Source: a virus
Taxonomy: Duplodnaviria; Heunggongvirae; Uroviricota; Caudoviricetes
Length of the DNA stretch: 55,726 bases
Direction: 5' to 3' (one strand)
Virus record (IMG/VR): IMGVR_UViG_2916199983_000001
The notes under the pieces were generated by a model. That model was not told where the DNA came from and searched no databases. It worked only from the letters and a program-made list of their open reading frames with translations. The position numbers and the translations under genes were made by a program. The first letter of the stretch is position 1. Every line of letters starts with the position of its first letter. Of this stretch, positions 37,183-46,650 are shown piece after piece.

Positions 37183-38010
37183 TCAGGCCATGCGTTGAAT
37201 ATGTTGCATCGGCGTGAAACCATTCAACGCCATATTTGGTCGTTCATGATTATAAAACCATTGCCACTGCGTGGCATAGTTCTGCAATTCATCCAGTGAT
37301 GTAAACAGGTGTTGCCCCAGCCAATCATAGCGTACCGTACGGTTGTAACGCTCAATATAGGCATTTTGCTGCGGATTGCCGGGCTGAATAAAGTTAATCT
37401 GGATGCCCCTGTCATTAGCCCATGATATCAACGTGTTACTGGTATATTCTGGTCCATTATCACATCGTATTGCTATGGGTTTACCTTTCCATTCAATGAG
37501 CTGTTCCAGCGTTCGCACAACTCGGTTTGCCGGCAGAGAAAAATCGACCTCTATTGCCAGTGCCTCACGGTTAAAATCATCGATAATATTCAGCAGACGG
37601 ACTGAGCGACCATCTGATAATTGATCGTGCATGAAGTCCATCGACCAGCATTCATTACTGTTTTTAGGTACCGTCAGCGGTTCGGGCTTATCCCGTTTCA
37701 GTCGTTTTTTCGGCTTTATTCGCATGTTCAGCGATAACTCGCAGTAAATTCGGTACACCCTTTTGTGGTTGAACTTAAAGCCTTTTACGTTACGCAGATA
37801 CAAAAAGCACAGGCCAAATCCCCAGTTGCGCTGATTGCCAGTGATGCGGAGCAACCAGTCGGCAATAATGACATTTTCTTCATTCAACTGAGGCTGATAG
37901 CGATAGCAACTTTCGCTGACAGCAAACAACTGGCAGGCAAAATGTATGCTGACGCTTCGACTCCTGACTGCGTCCTGTGCCATCTGCTTTCGATGCGATG
38001 GCTTCACCAC
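37183..38010 (-). CDS. IS3 transposase OrfB (DDE)
   Basis: [33 protein letters not shown] motifs. Confidence 0.93.
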   Translation of the reverse strand: MVKPSHRKQMAQDAVRSRSVSIHFACQLFAVSESCYRYQPQLNEENVIIADWLLRITGNQRNWGFGLCFLYLRNVKGFKFNHKRVYRIYCELSLNMRIKPKKRLKRDKPEPLTVPKNSNECWSMDFMHDQLSDGRSVRLLNIIDDFNREALAIEVDFSLPANRVVRTLEQLIEWKGKPIAIRCDNGPEYTSNTLISWANDRGIQINFIQPGNPQQNAYIERYNRTVRYDWLGQHLFTSLDELQNYATQWQWFYNHERPNMALNGFTPMQHIQRMA

Positions 38011-38270
38011 TTTTTTGCCATAGCCTCCTGAATGATCTCGGCTTTTAGTCGTTCTTCGGCATACATCTTTTTAAGGCGGCGGTTTTCATCTTCCAGCTCT
38101 TTCAGACGGGCCATCATGGAGGCATCCATCCCGCCAAAGCGTGAGCGCCACTTATAGAAACTGGCGCTACTCATGCCATGCTCGCGGCACAATTCAGCCA
38201 CCGGCGTTCCTGCTTCTGCTTGCTTGAGGATGGCCATGATCTGGCTGTCGGTAAAACGTGATTTTTTCAT
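38004..38270 (-). CDS. IS3 transposase OrfA (HTH)
   Basis: [11 protein letters not shown]...[16 protein letters not shown]; -1 slip site at 38010-38016 with upstream GGAGG. Confidence 0.93.
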   Translation of the reverse strand: MKKSRFTDSQIMAILKQAEAGTPVAELCREHGMSSASFYKWRSRFGGMDASMMARLKELEDENRRLKKMYAEERLKAEIIQEAMAKKW

Positions 38271-38390
38271 AGAAATCTCCCGGTTCAGATTACGAGAAAA
38301 TTCTACTTATGAACACACCGGCTTTTCGGGGGGATTACCGGTAGATTTTATCACTGGCGATCTGCGTTTTAAATGGTAAGTACTTACCGA

Positions 38391-38621
38391 TTATTTCGAT
38401 TGATTATTTTCTCGACCATGAAGCTGGACGTTCAGGGCAAACACCTCATTGATGAGTTCCCCTAACAGCTGCTCGACCAGCTCTTTGTGCTCACCTGAGT
38501 GAAGGCACTTGAGCGACCATTCGTAGAGACTGAAAGCCTTATCGCGATCTTTCATCATGTCGCGTACTTTGGTCAGAAAATCGCTCTCAACGAGCGCTAC
38601 GACGTTCGTCGGGTATACCAT
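38391..38621 (-). CDS. Hypothetical protein
   Basis: 76 aa with AAGGA RBS. Confidence 0.7.
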   Translation of the reverse strand: MVYPTNVVALVESDFLTKVRDMMKDRDKAFSLYEWSLKCLHSGEHKELVEQLLGELINEVFALNVQLHGRENNQSK

Positions 38622-38702
38622 GATAGTTTTCCTTACTGTGGTTCATAAAATCGATTCTAGAGCGTCTGGAGAGGGGTTCCAGTGGGTTCTGGAGGTGTAA
38701 AA

Positions 38703-38819
38703 CGGTCTGGGAGTTGTTTGGAAATCACGTCTTAAAAAGCCTGCGTCTGTATATATTAATAATTAGTACTTAGTTATTTATATATACGGAAGCAGGTTCT
38801 CAAACTAACTCCCAGACTG
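38703..38819. repeat. Long inverted-repeat element, copy 2
   Basis: Homologous to 15510-15610; outer arms CGGTCTGGGAGTT-GTTTG / CAAACTAACTCCCAGACTG, inner arms AGCCTGCGTCTGTATATAT / ATATATACGGAAGCAGGTT. Confidence 0.85.
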
Positions 38820-38823
38820 GTGT

Positions 38824-39417
38824 TTACGCTGCCTTTTTACGTGGTCTCTTCTTCCTGACAACATTGGCAGGATCATAACCACCCAGCTTTTTCATCACCG
38901 CCAGCGGTATCTTGCTGATGGTGTGCCCAGCTTCCTGACAGTAGCCACGGAAGATAAGCAACATGCTACCACCAGGGTTGATGTTCACCTCCACCAGCCC
39001 AAGTTCAACATCCGGCTCAACGAACGCCACGCGGCCGCCAGACAAGATGACGGTTTCGTTGGCGCATTCAGCCGCACGCTCGTACCACTGCGTATCGAGG
39101 GATTGTGGTATCAACATGACTGTCGTCACTCCACGCGCCTGCTCGCGAATGGCTGCGTCTATCCAGGGGGTGATTTTGGAGTAGGGCGGGTTAAGGAACG
39201 CCACAGTGCCAGGTTCTCCCCAGCTGCACTTGAGCGCATCACGCTCAACACCGATAAAGTTCGGCAGGAGGGCATTATCTTTGTTGCAGGCGACGTCCAC
39301 ATCGAACTTTACGCCTATGTAACGTTGGATGGCGACAAACAACCACTGCGGTGTGCGCCAAAGGTCGCGAAGAGAGGCATCACGCTCTCGCTTTTTGATT
39401 TTTTCGGCTGCGATCAT
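38824..39417 (-). CDS. dam: Phage Dam-family N6-adenine DNA methyltransferase
   Basis: DLWRTP, FDVDVAC, FLNPPYS motifs of the phage Dam family. Confidence 0.85.
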   Translation of the reverse strand: MIAAEKIKKRERDASLRDLWRTPQWLFVAIQRYIGVKFDVDVACNKDNALLPNFIGVERDALKCSWGEPGTVAFLNPPYSKITPWIDAAIREQARGVTTVMLIPQSLDTQWYERAAECANETVILSGGRVAFVEPDVELGLVEVNINPGGSMLLIFRGYCQEAGHTISKIPLAVMKKLGGYDPANVVRKKRPRKKAA

Positions 39418-39602
39418 TACTTTGTTCTGATAGGTAAACACTTACCTATTTTTTCATTTAATCCAACGGATAGCAAACAAAGAAGAACGCGCCAGATCCG
39501 CAAACGGGAAGCTCTCTGGCGCGTTTTATCGATGCTGGGTATGCGATTAGCTTACCCAGCGTCCTAAAGCTCTCAGGGGGCTTTAGATCGGGTAGGGGAA
39601 CA

Positions 39603-40445
39603 TCATCCAATGGAATACTCCGCTATGAATTTTTTGACGATCGGCGACTCTTTATTAAGGGTTAGATTTCCACCTTCCCTGGTGGCAATGCCAGTAGCTG
39701 GAAACACAGCCATCATCTGGCCAGCCTGAGTCGAAGCGGTGTTGAGCGGATATGGTTTTTCCGGGTTGCTCATTAGCGCCAGTTTAATGCTATTGCTGGT
39801 CGCCGTGTTCGCGTCAAGGATATGGCGCATTGCGATTACCGTGTAGACGCTGATTTCCGGCCCACCACTAAACCAGTTCAAAAGGTTTAAGATCTTGTCT
39901 TTCGCTTTGACTGGCGCCCCTTCGAATGCGGCAGTAAAGCTCTCACTTTCCAGACCGGCTGTCGCATAGAACGATTCGTCCTTACCTTCCAGCGTGAAGC
40001 GAGGTTTGGCCGGTGTACGCTCTGATTTTGCCTTCTGGCGTTTTGGCTGCTCTTCTTCAGGTTTAGGCTCTGACGCCACTGAAGGTAAAGGGGTTGGATC
40101 TGTACCGGTAGTCTCAGTACTTCGAGCGTCAAGTTCAGGCGCTGTCTCGTTCACTATCTCCGCAACAAGGTCACGCTCTGGTTCCTCGACCTTCACCGAT
40201 TCGTGCTCAATCTCAAGTTCTTCCAGAACGCTACTCAGATCGCCGGTAGAGCTGGCATTCATGACTTCATCCGCCACCGCCTCGACTGGTTTTGCGATTG
40301 CATCATCCAGACCAGAGAGAAGATCGTCTATCTCGTCGACCCCGCTCATTTTCGCAGCTTTCTGAACTGGTTCGTCGAGAGATTGCAGCATTGCAGTCAG
40401 TTCGTCCAGGTCATCGTTTTTAACAGTGTTTGTAACTGCGCTCAT
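39603..40445 (-). CDS. Hypothetical protein, acidic N-half and wHTH-like C-terminus
   Basis: AGGAG RBS at MSAVTN; composition bias. Confidence 0.75.
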   Translation of the reverse strand: MSAVTNTVKNDDLDELTAMLQSLDEPVQKAAKMSGVDEIDDLLSGLDDAIAKPVEAVADEVMNASSTGDLSSVLEELEIEHESVKVEEPERDLVAEIVNETAPELDARSTETTGTDPTPLPSVASEPKPEEEQPKRQKAKSERTPAKPRFTLEGKDESFYATAGLESESFTAAFEGAPVKAKDKILNLLNWFSGGPEISVYTVIAMRHILDANTATSNSIKLALMSNPEKPYPLNTASTQAGQMMAVFPATGIATREGGNLTLNKESPIVKKFIAEYSIG

Positions 40446-40573
40446 TTTTAACTCCTTATGTTTTCGTTGGTGCGTTTCCGCGTTTTGGTTGAGCGTATTT
40501 TGGCAAAACCTATCAGGCGGAAAAGTCATAATTACAGGCAGTTAGAAGAACTGAAGGCAAAGAAAAAGCGCCA

Positions 40574-41131
40574 TCAGGCGCTTTCGAATGGGAGTTTGAA
40601 GAAGCCGTATTTCTCTCGGGCTTTGAAGAAACACTGCATCATCAGGTCAGTATCGTAGAGAGCGCTGTGGGCCTTCTCACGGTCGTAAGTGAACCCAAGT
40701 GAGAACGCCAGCTCTTCCAGGCGTGGGCGCTTCCCATCCTCGGTAGCCCACAAGCCATCCAGCATGGAGTCAACCAGAGGGATATCTGGCAATTTCACCC
40801 CATAGCTACCGAACTCGTGGCGAATGAACGGAAGGTCAAAAGCCTCTCCGTTATGGGCGACTAACGCGCTACATGCGCCCATGTACGCAGCAATCTTGCC
40901 TGCGTGGTCAGCCAGTAGCGGTTCCGTCGCCAGATCTTCCAGTGAAATGCCATGCACTGCCTGCGCCTTCGGATCTATGCTTCGACGCGGGTTGAAGCGC
41001 ATCTCAAGGCTGTCGATGTGCTTCTGGGTTTCCAGTTCATAACGGGTTATCGCGATTTCGATAATTTTGTGGCCGGATGTGAAGTCCAGCCCTGTGGACT
41101 CAATATCGACGCCACCGACAATCGTGGTCAT
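40574..41131 (-). CDS. DEDDh 3'-5' exonuclease (DnaQ-like)
   Basis: VDIESTG (ExoI), AHNGEAFD (ExoII), HSALYD (ExoIII). Confidence 0.92.
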   Translation of the reverse strand: MTTIVGGVDIESTGLDFTSGHKIIEIAITRYELETQKHIDSLEMRFNPRRSIDPKAQAVHGISLEDLATEPLLADHAGKIAAYMGACSALVAHNGEAFDLPFIRHEFGSYGVKLPDIPLVDSMLDGLWATEDGKRPRLEELAFSLGFTYDREKAHSALYDTDLMMQCFFKAREKYGFFKLPFESA

Positions 41132-41140
41132 TCGTACTCC

Positions 41141-41560
41141 TTACAGCTTCTTCGCGCCTTTCAGCAGTGCGCCACGCACAAACTGAGCAGCCTTTTTCAG
41201 TGCGTCCTCGCCACTTTCGCAGACGACCGGCTCGCGCCATTCGCCCGTTGATGTGTTGAGGATCTGGATTTGGTTGGTCTCCAGGCAAACGGACACGTAC
41301 AGAACCGTACCGCCTGAGAGTTTGAGGTGCATAGGAAACAGAGGGCGCTTGGTGCCGCCATTGAACTGCGACATCGCCACATTGATGGCTTCGCCAACCT
41401 CTTCCCCAACAAGCCCTTGAACGGACTCAAACACTGCGCGGATAGCCAGACGTGCTTCACGTTCACTCATCAAAGAGCGGGATTGTTCGTCAGCAATGCG
41501 GATCAGTGCTTCAATCGCTTTACGATCTAATTCATCCGAGAGGGGAAGTTCGTCTATCAT
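41141..41560 (-). CDS. Hypothetical protein
   Basis: 139 aa ORF in operon. Confidence 0.7.
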   Translation of the reverse strand: MIDELPLSDELDRKAIEALIRIADEQSRSLMSEREARLAIRAVFESVQGLVGEEVGEAINVAMSQFNGGTKRPLFPMHLKLSGGTVLYVSVCLETNQIQILNTSTGEWREPVVCESGEDALKKAAQFVRGALLKGAKKL

Positions 41561-41623
41561 TCTGTTTTTCCTCGATTCATTTCGCGTGTCTTATTGTCAC
41601 ACTGCCCAACAGGGGAGCAACAT

Positions 41624-42268
41624 TCAGTGGAAGGTCACTCGTCCTGTTATACGGCGCTCGATGTTTTCAGCGGCTCTGTCCAGCACTCGCAATACCGATC
41701 TGGCTCGCGCTTCAACCGTGCGGCACTTTTCAGAAATAACGAACACCTGCAGATCGCCGGTTTGGGGAAGCGTGTTGATTTTCGTCAGCTCACCGCACAT
41801 AAGTGCATCGATGCGAGCAACATAGAGACGGTCAAGCGATCCTCGCTGGGGACGCGCGAGATCTTTGCTGGAAAGCTCAACGCCCGGGCGAAGACCCGCG
41901 ATAGCATTGAAGTTGGAAATGGCCGCTTTGTGGCAAAACTGCTCAATGTCGAGAGCCAGCTCGATGCAGCGGTCTTCGTTGGTCTGGCCGACCAGGTCAA
42001 GCGTATAAGCCATGACATCGGCTGGCGTGCGGTCGATAACAAAACCTTCAACGCCGCGGGTGATCATCTCGATGTGTCTGGCAATCTCCATCTGAACCTG
42101 AAGACGTTCGTAAAGGGGCAAACGCTCGCCAACCTTCACCCCCAGACTGCTCATCAGCTTGCCAACGCCGGCATCCACATACGGAATGCCATAATGCGCA
42201 TCGATGTACCTTGCCAGGGTTGTTTTTCCACTGCCCTGTGCGCCAGTGATTCCAATCCGGTAATCCAT
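41624..42268 (-). CDS. P-loop deoxynucleoside monophosphate kinase-like protein
   Basis: ITGAQGSGKTT Walker A and IDRT motif; next to DHFR/ThyA. Confidence 0.75.
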   Translation of the reverse strand: MDYRIGITGAQGSGKTTLARYIDAHYGIPYVDAGVGKLMSSLGVKVGERLPLYERLQVQMEIARHIEMITRGVEGFVIDRTPADVMAYTLDLVGQTNEDRCIELALDIEQFCHKAAISNFNAIAGLRPGVELSSKDLARPQRGSLDRLYVARIDALMCGELTKINTLPQTGDLQVFVISEKCRTVEARARSVLRVLDRAAENIERRITGRVTFH

Positions 42269-42744
42269 TACGACCTTCTGTATACGATCTGCAAAAAGCC
42301 AGACTCATCCTCATTTGCACGTTGGGTATAAGCCGTTTCGACTGGTACGAACCCTAAAGAACGCATCATTGGCGCCGGGAAGAACGCATCCGCGCCCGGC
42401 ACATCCACGCCAATATGCGACAGCCAGATCTCTTCTACGTGTGGCATAAAGAGCGAGTAAATCTGCCCGCCACCAATCACCCAGACCGGATCTGGTAGTC
42501 TCAAAACGTCATCGATGCCAGCGGGGTAGAACCCATTGGGGATATAGCCACGAGAGCGCGTCAAAACGAGGTTATGGCGCTCTGGCAGCGGGCGTTTAAG
42601 ACTTTCCATCGTCTTACGTCCCATCACGACAGTGGCGTTTTTGGTGAGTTGTTTGAACAGTTTCAGATCGGTCGGGCAACGCCAGGGAAGTTCGTTGCCA
42701 ATGCCGATTTCATAGTTGCGGCCGACAGCTGCAATCATCTTCAT
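42268..42744 (-). CDS. folA: Dihydrofolate reductase
   Basis: IAAV...IG..NELPW...DLKLFK, VVMGRKT.ES, PLPERHNLVLTR, VIGGGQIY. Confidence 0.93.
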   Translation of the reverse strand: MKMIAAVGRNYEIGIGNELPWRCPTDLKLFKQLTKNATVVMGRKTMESLKRPLPERHNLVLTRSRGYIPNGFYPAGIDDVLRLPDPVWVIGGGQIYSLFMPHVEEIWLSHIGVDVPGADAFFPAPMMRSLGFVPVETAYTQRANEDESGFLQIVYRRS

Positions 42745-43154
42745 TGGCTTACCTCATAGATGGTTGGTCGCTGGTGAGAATCTGCCAGCGCAGAACGCAG
42801 ACGCGGATCGTGAACCAGTGCGGCGATAAGTAAGTCGCCTTTGTGCTCTGCCAGCGTGCGCTTGATATGGGTTTCAAAACTGACACCGCGCGGAACCAGG
42901 TGGAGCCAGTCATAATCAATGCCGAAGTCCTTCAGCCAGCGTTTGGTTGGGCCTTCGAGCGCTTCCGGACGACTACTGATAAGCACCACTTCAGCACCGG
43001 AGCGAGCAAAACCACGCAACATGCGGCTGGTGGGAAAGATGAGTTCATCACCGGCAATGAGAGCGCCTGCATCCGCATCAGGCACTGCTTTGCGATGGCT
43101 GGCTCTCGCCAGCACACCTTCAATTTCACACAACACATACATCCCTCTGGCCAT
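42741..43154 (-). CDS. HAD-fold / PNK-phosphatase-like protein, degenerate motif
   Basis: VLCEIEGVL (DxDG position), VVLISSRPE, WLKDFGIDYDWL. Confidence 0.55.
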   Translation of the reverse strand: MARGMYVLCEIEGVLARASHRKAVPDADAGALIAGDELIFPTSRMLRGFARSGAEVVLISSRPEALEGPTKRWLKDFGIDYDWLHLVPRGVSFETHIKRTLAEHKGDLLIAALVHDPRLRSALADSHQRPTIYEVSQ

Positions 43155-43155
43155 A

Positions 43156-44259
43156 TCACACCGCCACTGGAACCTTGATCCACGGAAGAGGGCTGTAGCC
43201 GCACACCTGCACACCTTCCCATTTGAAGTCGTCCAGTTCGGCCCATTCATGCGGGAAGATGACAACCGGGTCGGACTCTTTGGGCGGCTCGCGCTTCATC
43301 AGTTCCTCAACGCCTTCCATGTGGTTGTCGTAGAGATGAACGTCAAAGCCAAAATGCACGAATGCGCCAGCCATGTGGCCGGTGATCTTCGCGAGGAAGT
43401 GGGTGAGAATGCCGTAACCGGCGATGTTGAACGGCATACCAACAAAGGTATCGACGCTGCGCTGCACCAGGCATGAGTTCAGAATGCGTTTCGGGATGCC
43501 CAGCTCGTCCAGCATGTTCTCAGTAATGCCGCCATCTCTTTCCAGAAGACACAGCATCTGGGTGTAAATGGACTCGTGGCCGTGGCGGTTGTGCTGAATG
43601 CCAATATCGGTGGCCATCGTCAGTCGGGTCTCAAAGTCCAGCTCGCGACTCCACAGTGAAAACACGAAATGGCATGGCGGCAGCTTCATATCTTCCAGTT
43701 CGCCAACATTCCAGGCATTCAGCAGGATGCGACGATCTGTCGGGTTGGTGCGAAGCGTGTGAACGATACGCTGTAGCTGGTCGATTTCACGGGACAACAC
43801 AACGCGATCTTCGCTTACGCCCAGATACCCCTCGACCTTGTACCCGCGCTCACGGAACGTGTCGATTTTGCTCAAATACTCGCTATGGCTCACGATGCGG
43901 GTGTCTTCCCACCGACGCCATTGCTTGCCATAGACCGGGCCTAAATCGCCATTTTCATCAGCCCAGGCATCCCAGATTTTGACGCCATTGTCTTTCAGGA
44001 ACTGGATGTTGCCCGTTCCTTTGAGATACCACTCCAGCTCAACCAGTAACGGCTTCAGATTGACGGCTTTTCCGGAGATAAGTGGAACAGAGCCGCCCGT
44101 CAGCATGTAGTAGGAAGGGACATATGAAACGCTTTTTGTGCCGGTTCCGGTGCGATCACCAGCGTGAACGCCAGTGTTGAGCACCGTTTCAACCACTTTG
44201 GCATACGAACCACTGGCAAACTGACCGTTCGTAAAGTCTCGATTCAGTAGGATAGACAA
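43156..44259 (-). CDS. thyA: Thymidylate synthase
   Basis: DRTGTGT, IWDAWADENGDLGPVYG, LPPCH, QRS.D, PFNIA.Y; TTG start at 44259 inferred from GAGG RBS. Confidence 0.95.
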   Translation of the reverse strand: MSILLNRDFTNGQFASGSYAKVVETVLNTGVHAGDRTGTGTKSVSYVPSYYMLTGGSVPLISGKAVNLKPLLVELEWYLKGTGNIQFLKDNGVKIWDAWADENGDLGPVYGKQWRRWEDTRIVSHSEYLSKIDTFRERGYKVEGYLGVSEDRVVLSREIDQLQRIVHTLRTNPTDRRILLNAWNVGELEDMKLPPCHFVFSLWSRELDFETRLTMATDIGIQHNRHGHESIYTQMLCLLERDGGITENMLDELGIPKRILNSCLVQRSVDTFVGMPFNIAGYGILTHFLAKITGHMAGAFVHFGFDVHLYDNHMEGVEELMKREPPKESDPVVIFPHEWAELDDFKWEGVQVCGYSPLPWIKVPVAV

Positions 44260-44347
44260 AATCAACCTCACACAAGATAAGTAAGTACATACACATTATT
44301 TTATACAAGTTTATCTGTCAGAAGTGTGTAAGGCTAGGAGGGGAGTA

Positions 44348-44377
44348 AAAAAAATGGTGGCTCTTAGGCCACCATTG
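44348..44377 (-). terminator. Intrinsic terminator
   Basis: AATGGTGGC/GCCACCATT stem followed by a T-tract on minus strand. Confidence 0.75.
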
Positions 44378-44448
44378 CAATGAGCAATTAAGAACTTGGA
44401 CAATAAAACACGCCAAGGCAATATATAATGATAAGTAGATACTTACAA

Positions 44449-45318
44449 TTATTTTTTTACCATCTCGTAAAGAGATGATGATTTCGCCTTCTCAACAAAG
44501 CGAGTCAGATCCACATCGCTGTAGGTCGGGGATTTGAGGATCTTGCCATCAGAAATTCTGAAGCCAATCATCATGTCAGTCCCTTCAGCATGGCGGAAGC
44601 CCAGGTCTTCCTTGTCGTATTTGCAATTCTCTACCGCCACACGACGCTCTTCGGCGTCAGCCGGCCACAGCTTGGTCATGTTGGAGCGATGGATTTCTGC
44701 CACCAGCTCAACAATATCGATACCGAGAAAATCAGCCAGGCGGTAGGTCATCATGCAGGCAACGTAGATTTTGTTCATCACGCGGCGCAGCTCCTGCACC
44801 AATTCGGAATCGCTTATCGGCTTCGCTTCTAGTTTGTCAGCCAGCGCATTCAGCATTAATGCAGCTTCTTTTGCTTCTTCAAACGGGATGGCCATATCGT
44901 CAAAGACCGTGTTGCCCGGAACCATGATGGTGTGGATGAAGCGATCAACACTCTGCTCTTGGGTGTAGTAGCTCATGCCCGTAGAGATTCCGCCTTTGAT
45001 GGCCACCATTGTGCCGACGCCCACGTAAAGGAAGTCAGCCATCGCGTCCAGCAGTGCCGTCATATCCCCATTTTTGGCTGCCGGGATGCCCTCGGTAACA
45101 GCTTCTTCGTGGATCAGCTTGGCACGCAGACGCAGTAATGCCGGATCTGGAATGGCACGGCGTGGGTGCTGAAACAGTGTGTGGAACTGGTCAACCATCA
45201 GGTAGATGCTTTCCGTTGCCTTGCCAAAACCAGGATTCAACTCGTAAGGCTCTGGCTTAAATCCCACGAGTTTGTCTGCGGCAAGTTTCAGATGATCGGT
45301 CAGTTTCGTAAATTTCAT
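44449..45318 (-). CDS. MazG-like all-alpha NTP pyrophosphohydrolase (dUTPase-like)
   Basis: LIHEEAVTE, LDAMADFLYV, EIHRSNMTK, GKILKSP.Y motifs. Confidence 0.8.
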   Translation of the reverse strand: MKFTKLTDHLKLAADKLVGFKPEPYELNPGFGKATESIYLMVDQFHTLFQHPRRAIPDPALLRLRAKLIHEEAVTEGIPAAKNGDMTALLDAMADFLYVGVGTMVAIKGGISTGMSYYTQEQSVDRFIHTIMVPGNTVFDDMAIPFEEAKEAALMLNALADKLEAKPISDSELVQELRRVMNKIYVACMMTYRLADFLGIDIVELVAEIHRSNMTKLWPADAEERRVAVENCKYDKEDLGFRHAEGTDMMIGFRISDGKILKSPTYSDVDLTRFVEKAKSSSLYEMVKK

Positions 45319-45400
45319 GTCTTCTTTCTTTCCTTTGGACTTCATTTGATACGTCAATTGTGACCCAGCAGCGCCAGGCCACAAAGTGGTTAAACTCGGC

Positions 45401-46543
45401 TTAAAGGTCTGCGAACTGGCTCAGGCCGGAGCGATCGACAGCGGAGTCAATCTGGCCAACGAGGTAGTTGCTTTGTTCAGCTTCCTGCGGAGCGATCTGC
45501 AGGGTGTCTGACAGCAGCCATTTGTTCATCCATACCAGTGGATCGTCTTTGATTTCCGGGAACAGCGGTCGCAGCCCAAGACGACGCATTGCCAGGTTGG
45601 TGCGGTATTTCACATAGCTTTTGAGGATGTCGGCATTCAAGCCAATCATTGCGCCGTCTTTAAACAGATAGTCAGCCCAGCGCATTTCCTGCCCGGCCAC
45701 GTCCATCATGGTCTGATAGATGAAGCTCTCTTCTTCTGCGGCAATCATCTTCCACATCAGACCTTCACGACCGGTACGCATAAAGCGGATCATGCGTTCA
45801 GTACCTTCGCAATGCAGAGCCTCGTCGCGCGCGATGAAGCGCATGATCTTCGTGTTGCCCTCCAGCAGCTTCCGCTCACCAAAGGCGAACGTACATGCAA
45901 AGCTCACGTAGAAGCGAATCGCCTCCAGTGCATTCACTGACACCAGTGTGCGGAACAGCTGGCGCTGGAGAGGGTAGGGCTTGCCATCAAACTCGCTGAC
46001 ATACAGCCGTTCAAATTCGTCTTCGCCAAGATGCTGGCGAGCGCAGGTCATTTCGTACAGTCTGTCATATTCGCTTGAGATGCTTACAGCCCGGCTGATG
46101 ATCTCTTCGTCCGTGACGATGCCGTCGAAAACGATGCTCGGGTCATCCACCATACCGCGGATAATGTGGGTATAGCTGCGGCTGTGAATCGTCTCAGAGA
46201 ACGACCAGGTCTCAACCCATGTCTCCAGCTCAGGAATGGAGATCAGCGGCAGTAGTGTTGCGTTTGGACTGCGACCCTGAACGGAATCCAACAGCGTCTG
46301 GTAACGCAGGTTGCTCAGAAAAATATGGCGTTCGTGCTCTTGCAGCTTGGTATTGAAGTCGATGCGGTCAGTGGTAATGTCGACTTCTTCAGGGCGCCAG
46401 AAGAACGAGAGTTGTTTCTCAATCAGCTTTTCGAAGTCACGGTACTTTTGCTGATCGTAGCGTGCTACGTTGACAGACTGGCCGAGGAACATAGGTTCCT
46501 TCGTTGCGTCGTTAGCGCCCAAACGGAAAGTAGAATAAGTCAT
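45401..46543 (-). CDS. nrdB: Ribonucleotide reductase class Ia beta subunit
   Basis: [39 protein letters not shown]. Confidence 0.96.
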   Translation of the reverse strand: MTYSTFRLGANDATKEPMFLGQSVNVARYDQQKYRDFEKLIEKQLSFFWRPEEVDITTDRIDFNTKLQEHERHIFLSNLRYQTLLDSVQGRSPNATLLPLISIPELETWVETWSFSETIHSRSYTHIIRGMVDDPSIVFDGIVTDEEIISRAVSISSEYDRLYEMTCARQHLGEDEFERLYVSEFDGKPYPLQRQLFRTLVSVNALEAIRFYVSFACTFAFGERKLLEGNTKIMRFIARDEALHCEGTERMIRFMRTGREGLMWKMIAAEEESFIYQTMMDVAGQEMRWADYLFKDGAMIGLNADILKSYVKYRTNLAMRRLGLRPLFPEIKDDPLVWMNKWLLSDTLQIAPQEAEQSNYLVGQIDSAVDRSGLSQFADL

Positions 46544-46627
46544 GTGTTTCCCTCTGAATGTTATCGAGTGGCTTTAAACAAATTGTTATCTTATTGGTTT
46601 AAATAAGGTGCTCAACTCAATGAAAAG

Positions 46628-46645
46628 GTGGGGATTTCTCCCCAC
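46628..46645 (-). terminator. Hairpin between nrdA and nrdB
   Basis: GTGGGGA-4nt-TCCCCAC followed by CTTTT on minus strand. Confidence 0.5.
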
Positions 46646-46650
46646 GCTCA

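Larger units (their letters stand above)
37144..38340 (-). mobile_element. IS3-family (IS407-like) insertion sequence
   Basis: ~40-bp imperfect terminal IRs GGTAAT-N-CCCCC...ATAAGTAGAAT (37145-37183, 38300-38339); orfA/orfB with A-AAA-AAG slip site; no target duplication seen. Confidence 0.9.

Noticed and set aside
36456-37223. Intact 255 aa gene as given in the ORF track
   Set aside because: Its start lies inside the IS; only the DUF2254 C-terminal fragment is real
42268-42744. Acquired trimethoprim-resistance gene
   Set aside because: Embedded in the phage thyA/kinase operon with no integron or IS context; resistance cannot be inferred from sequence
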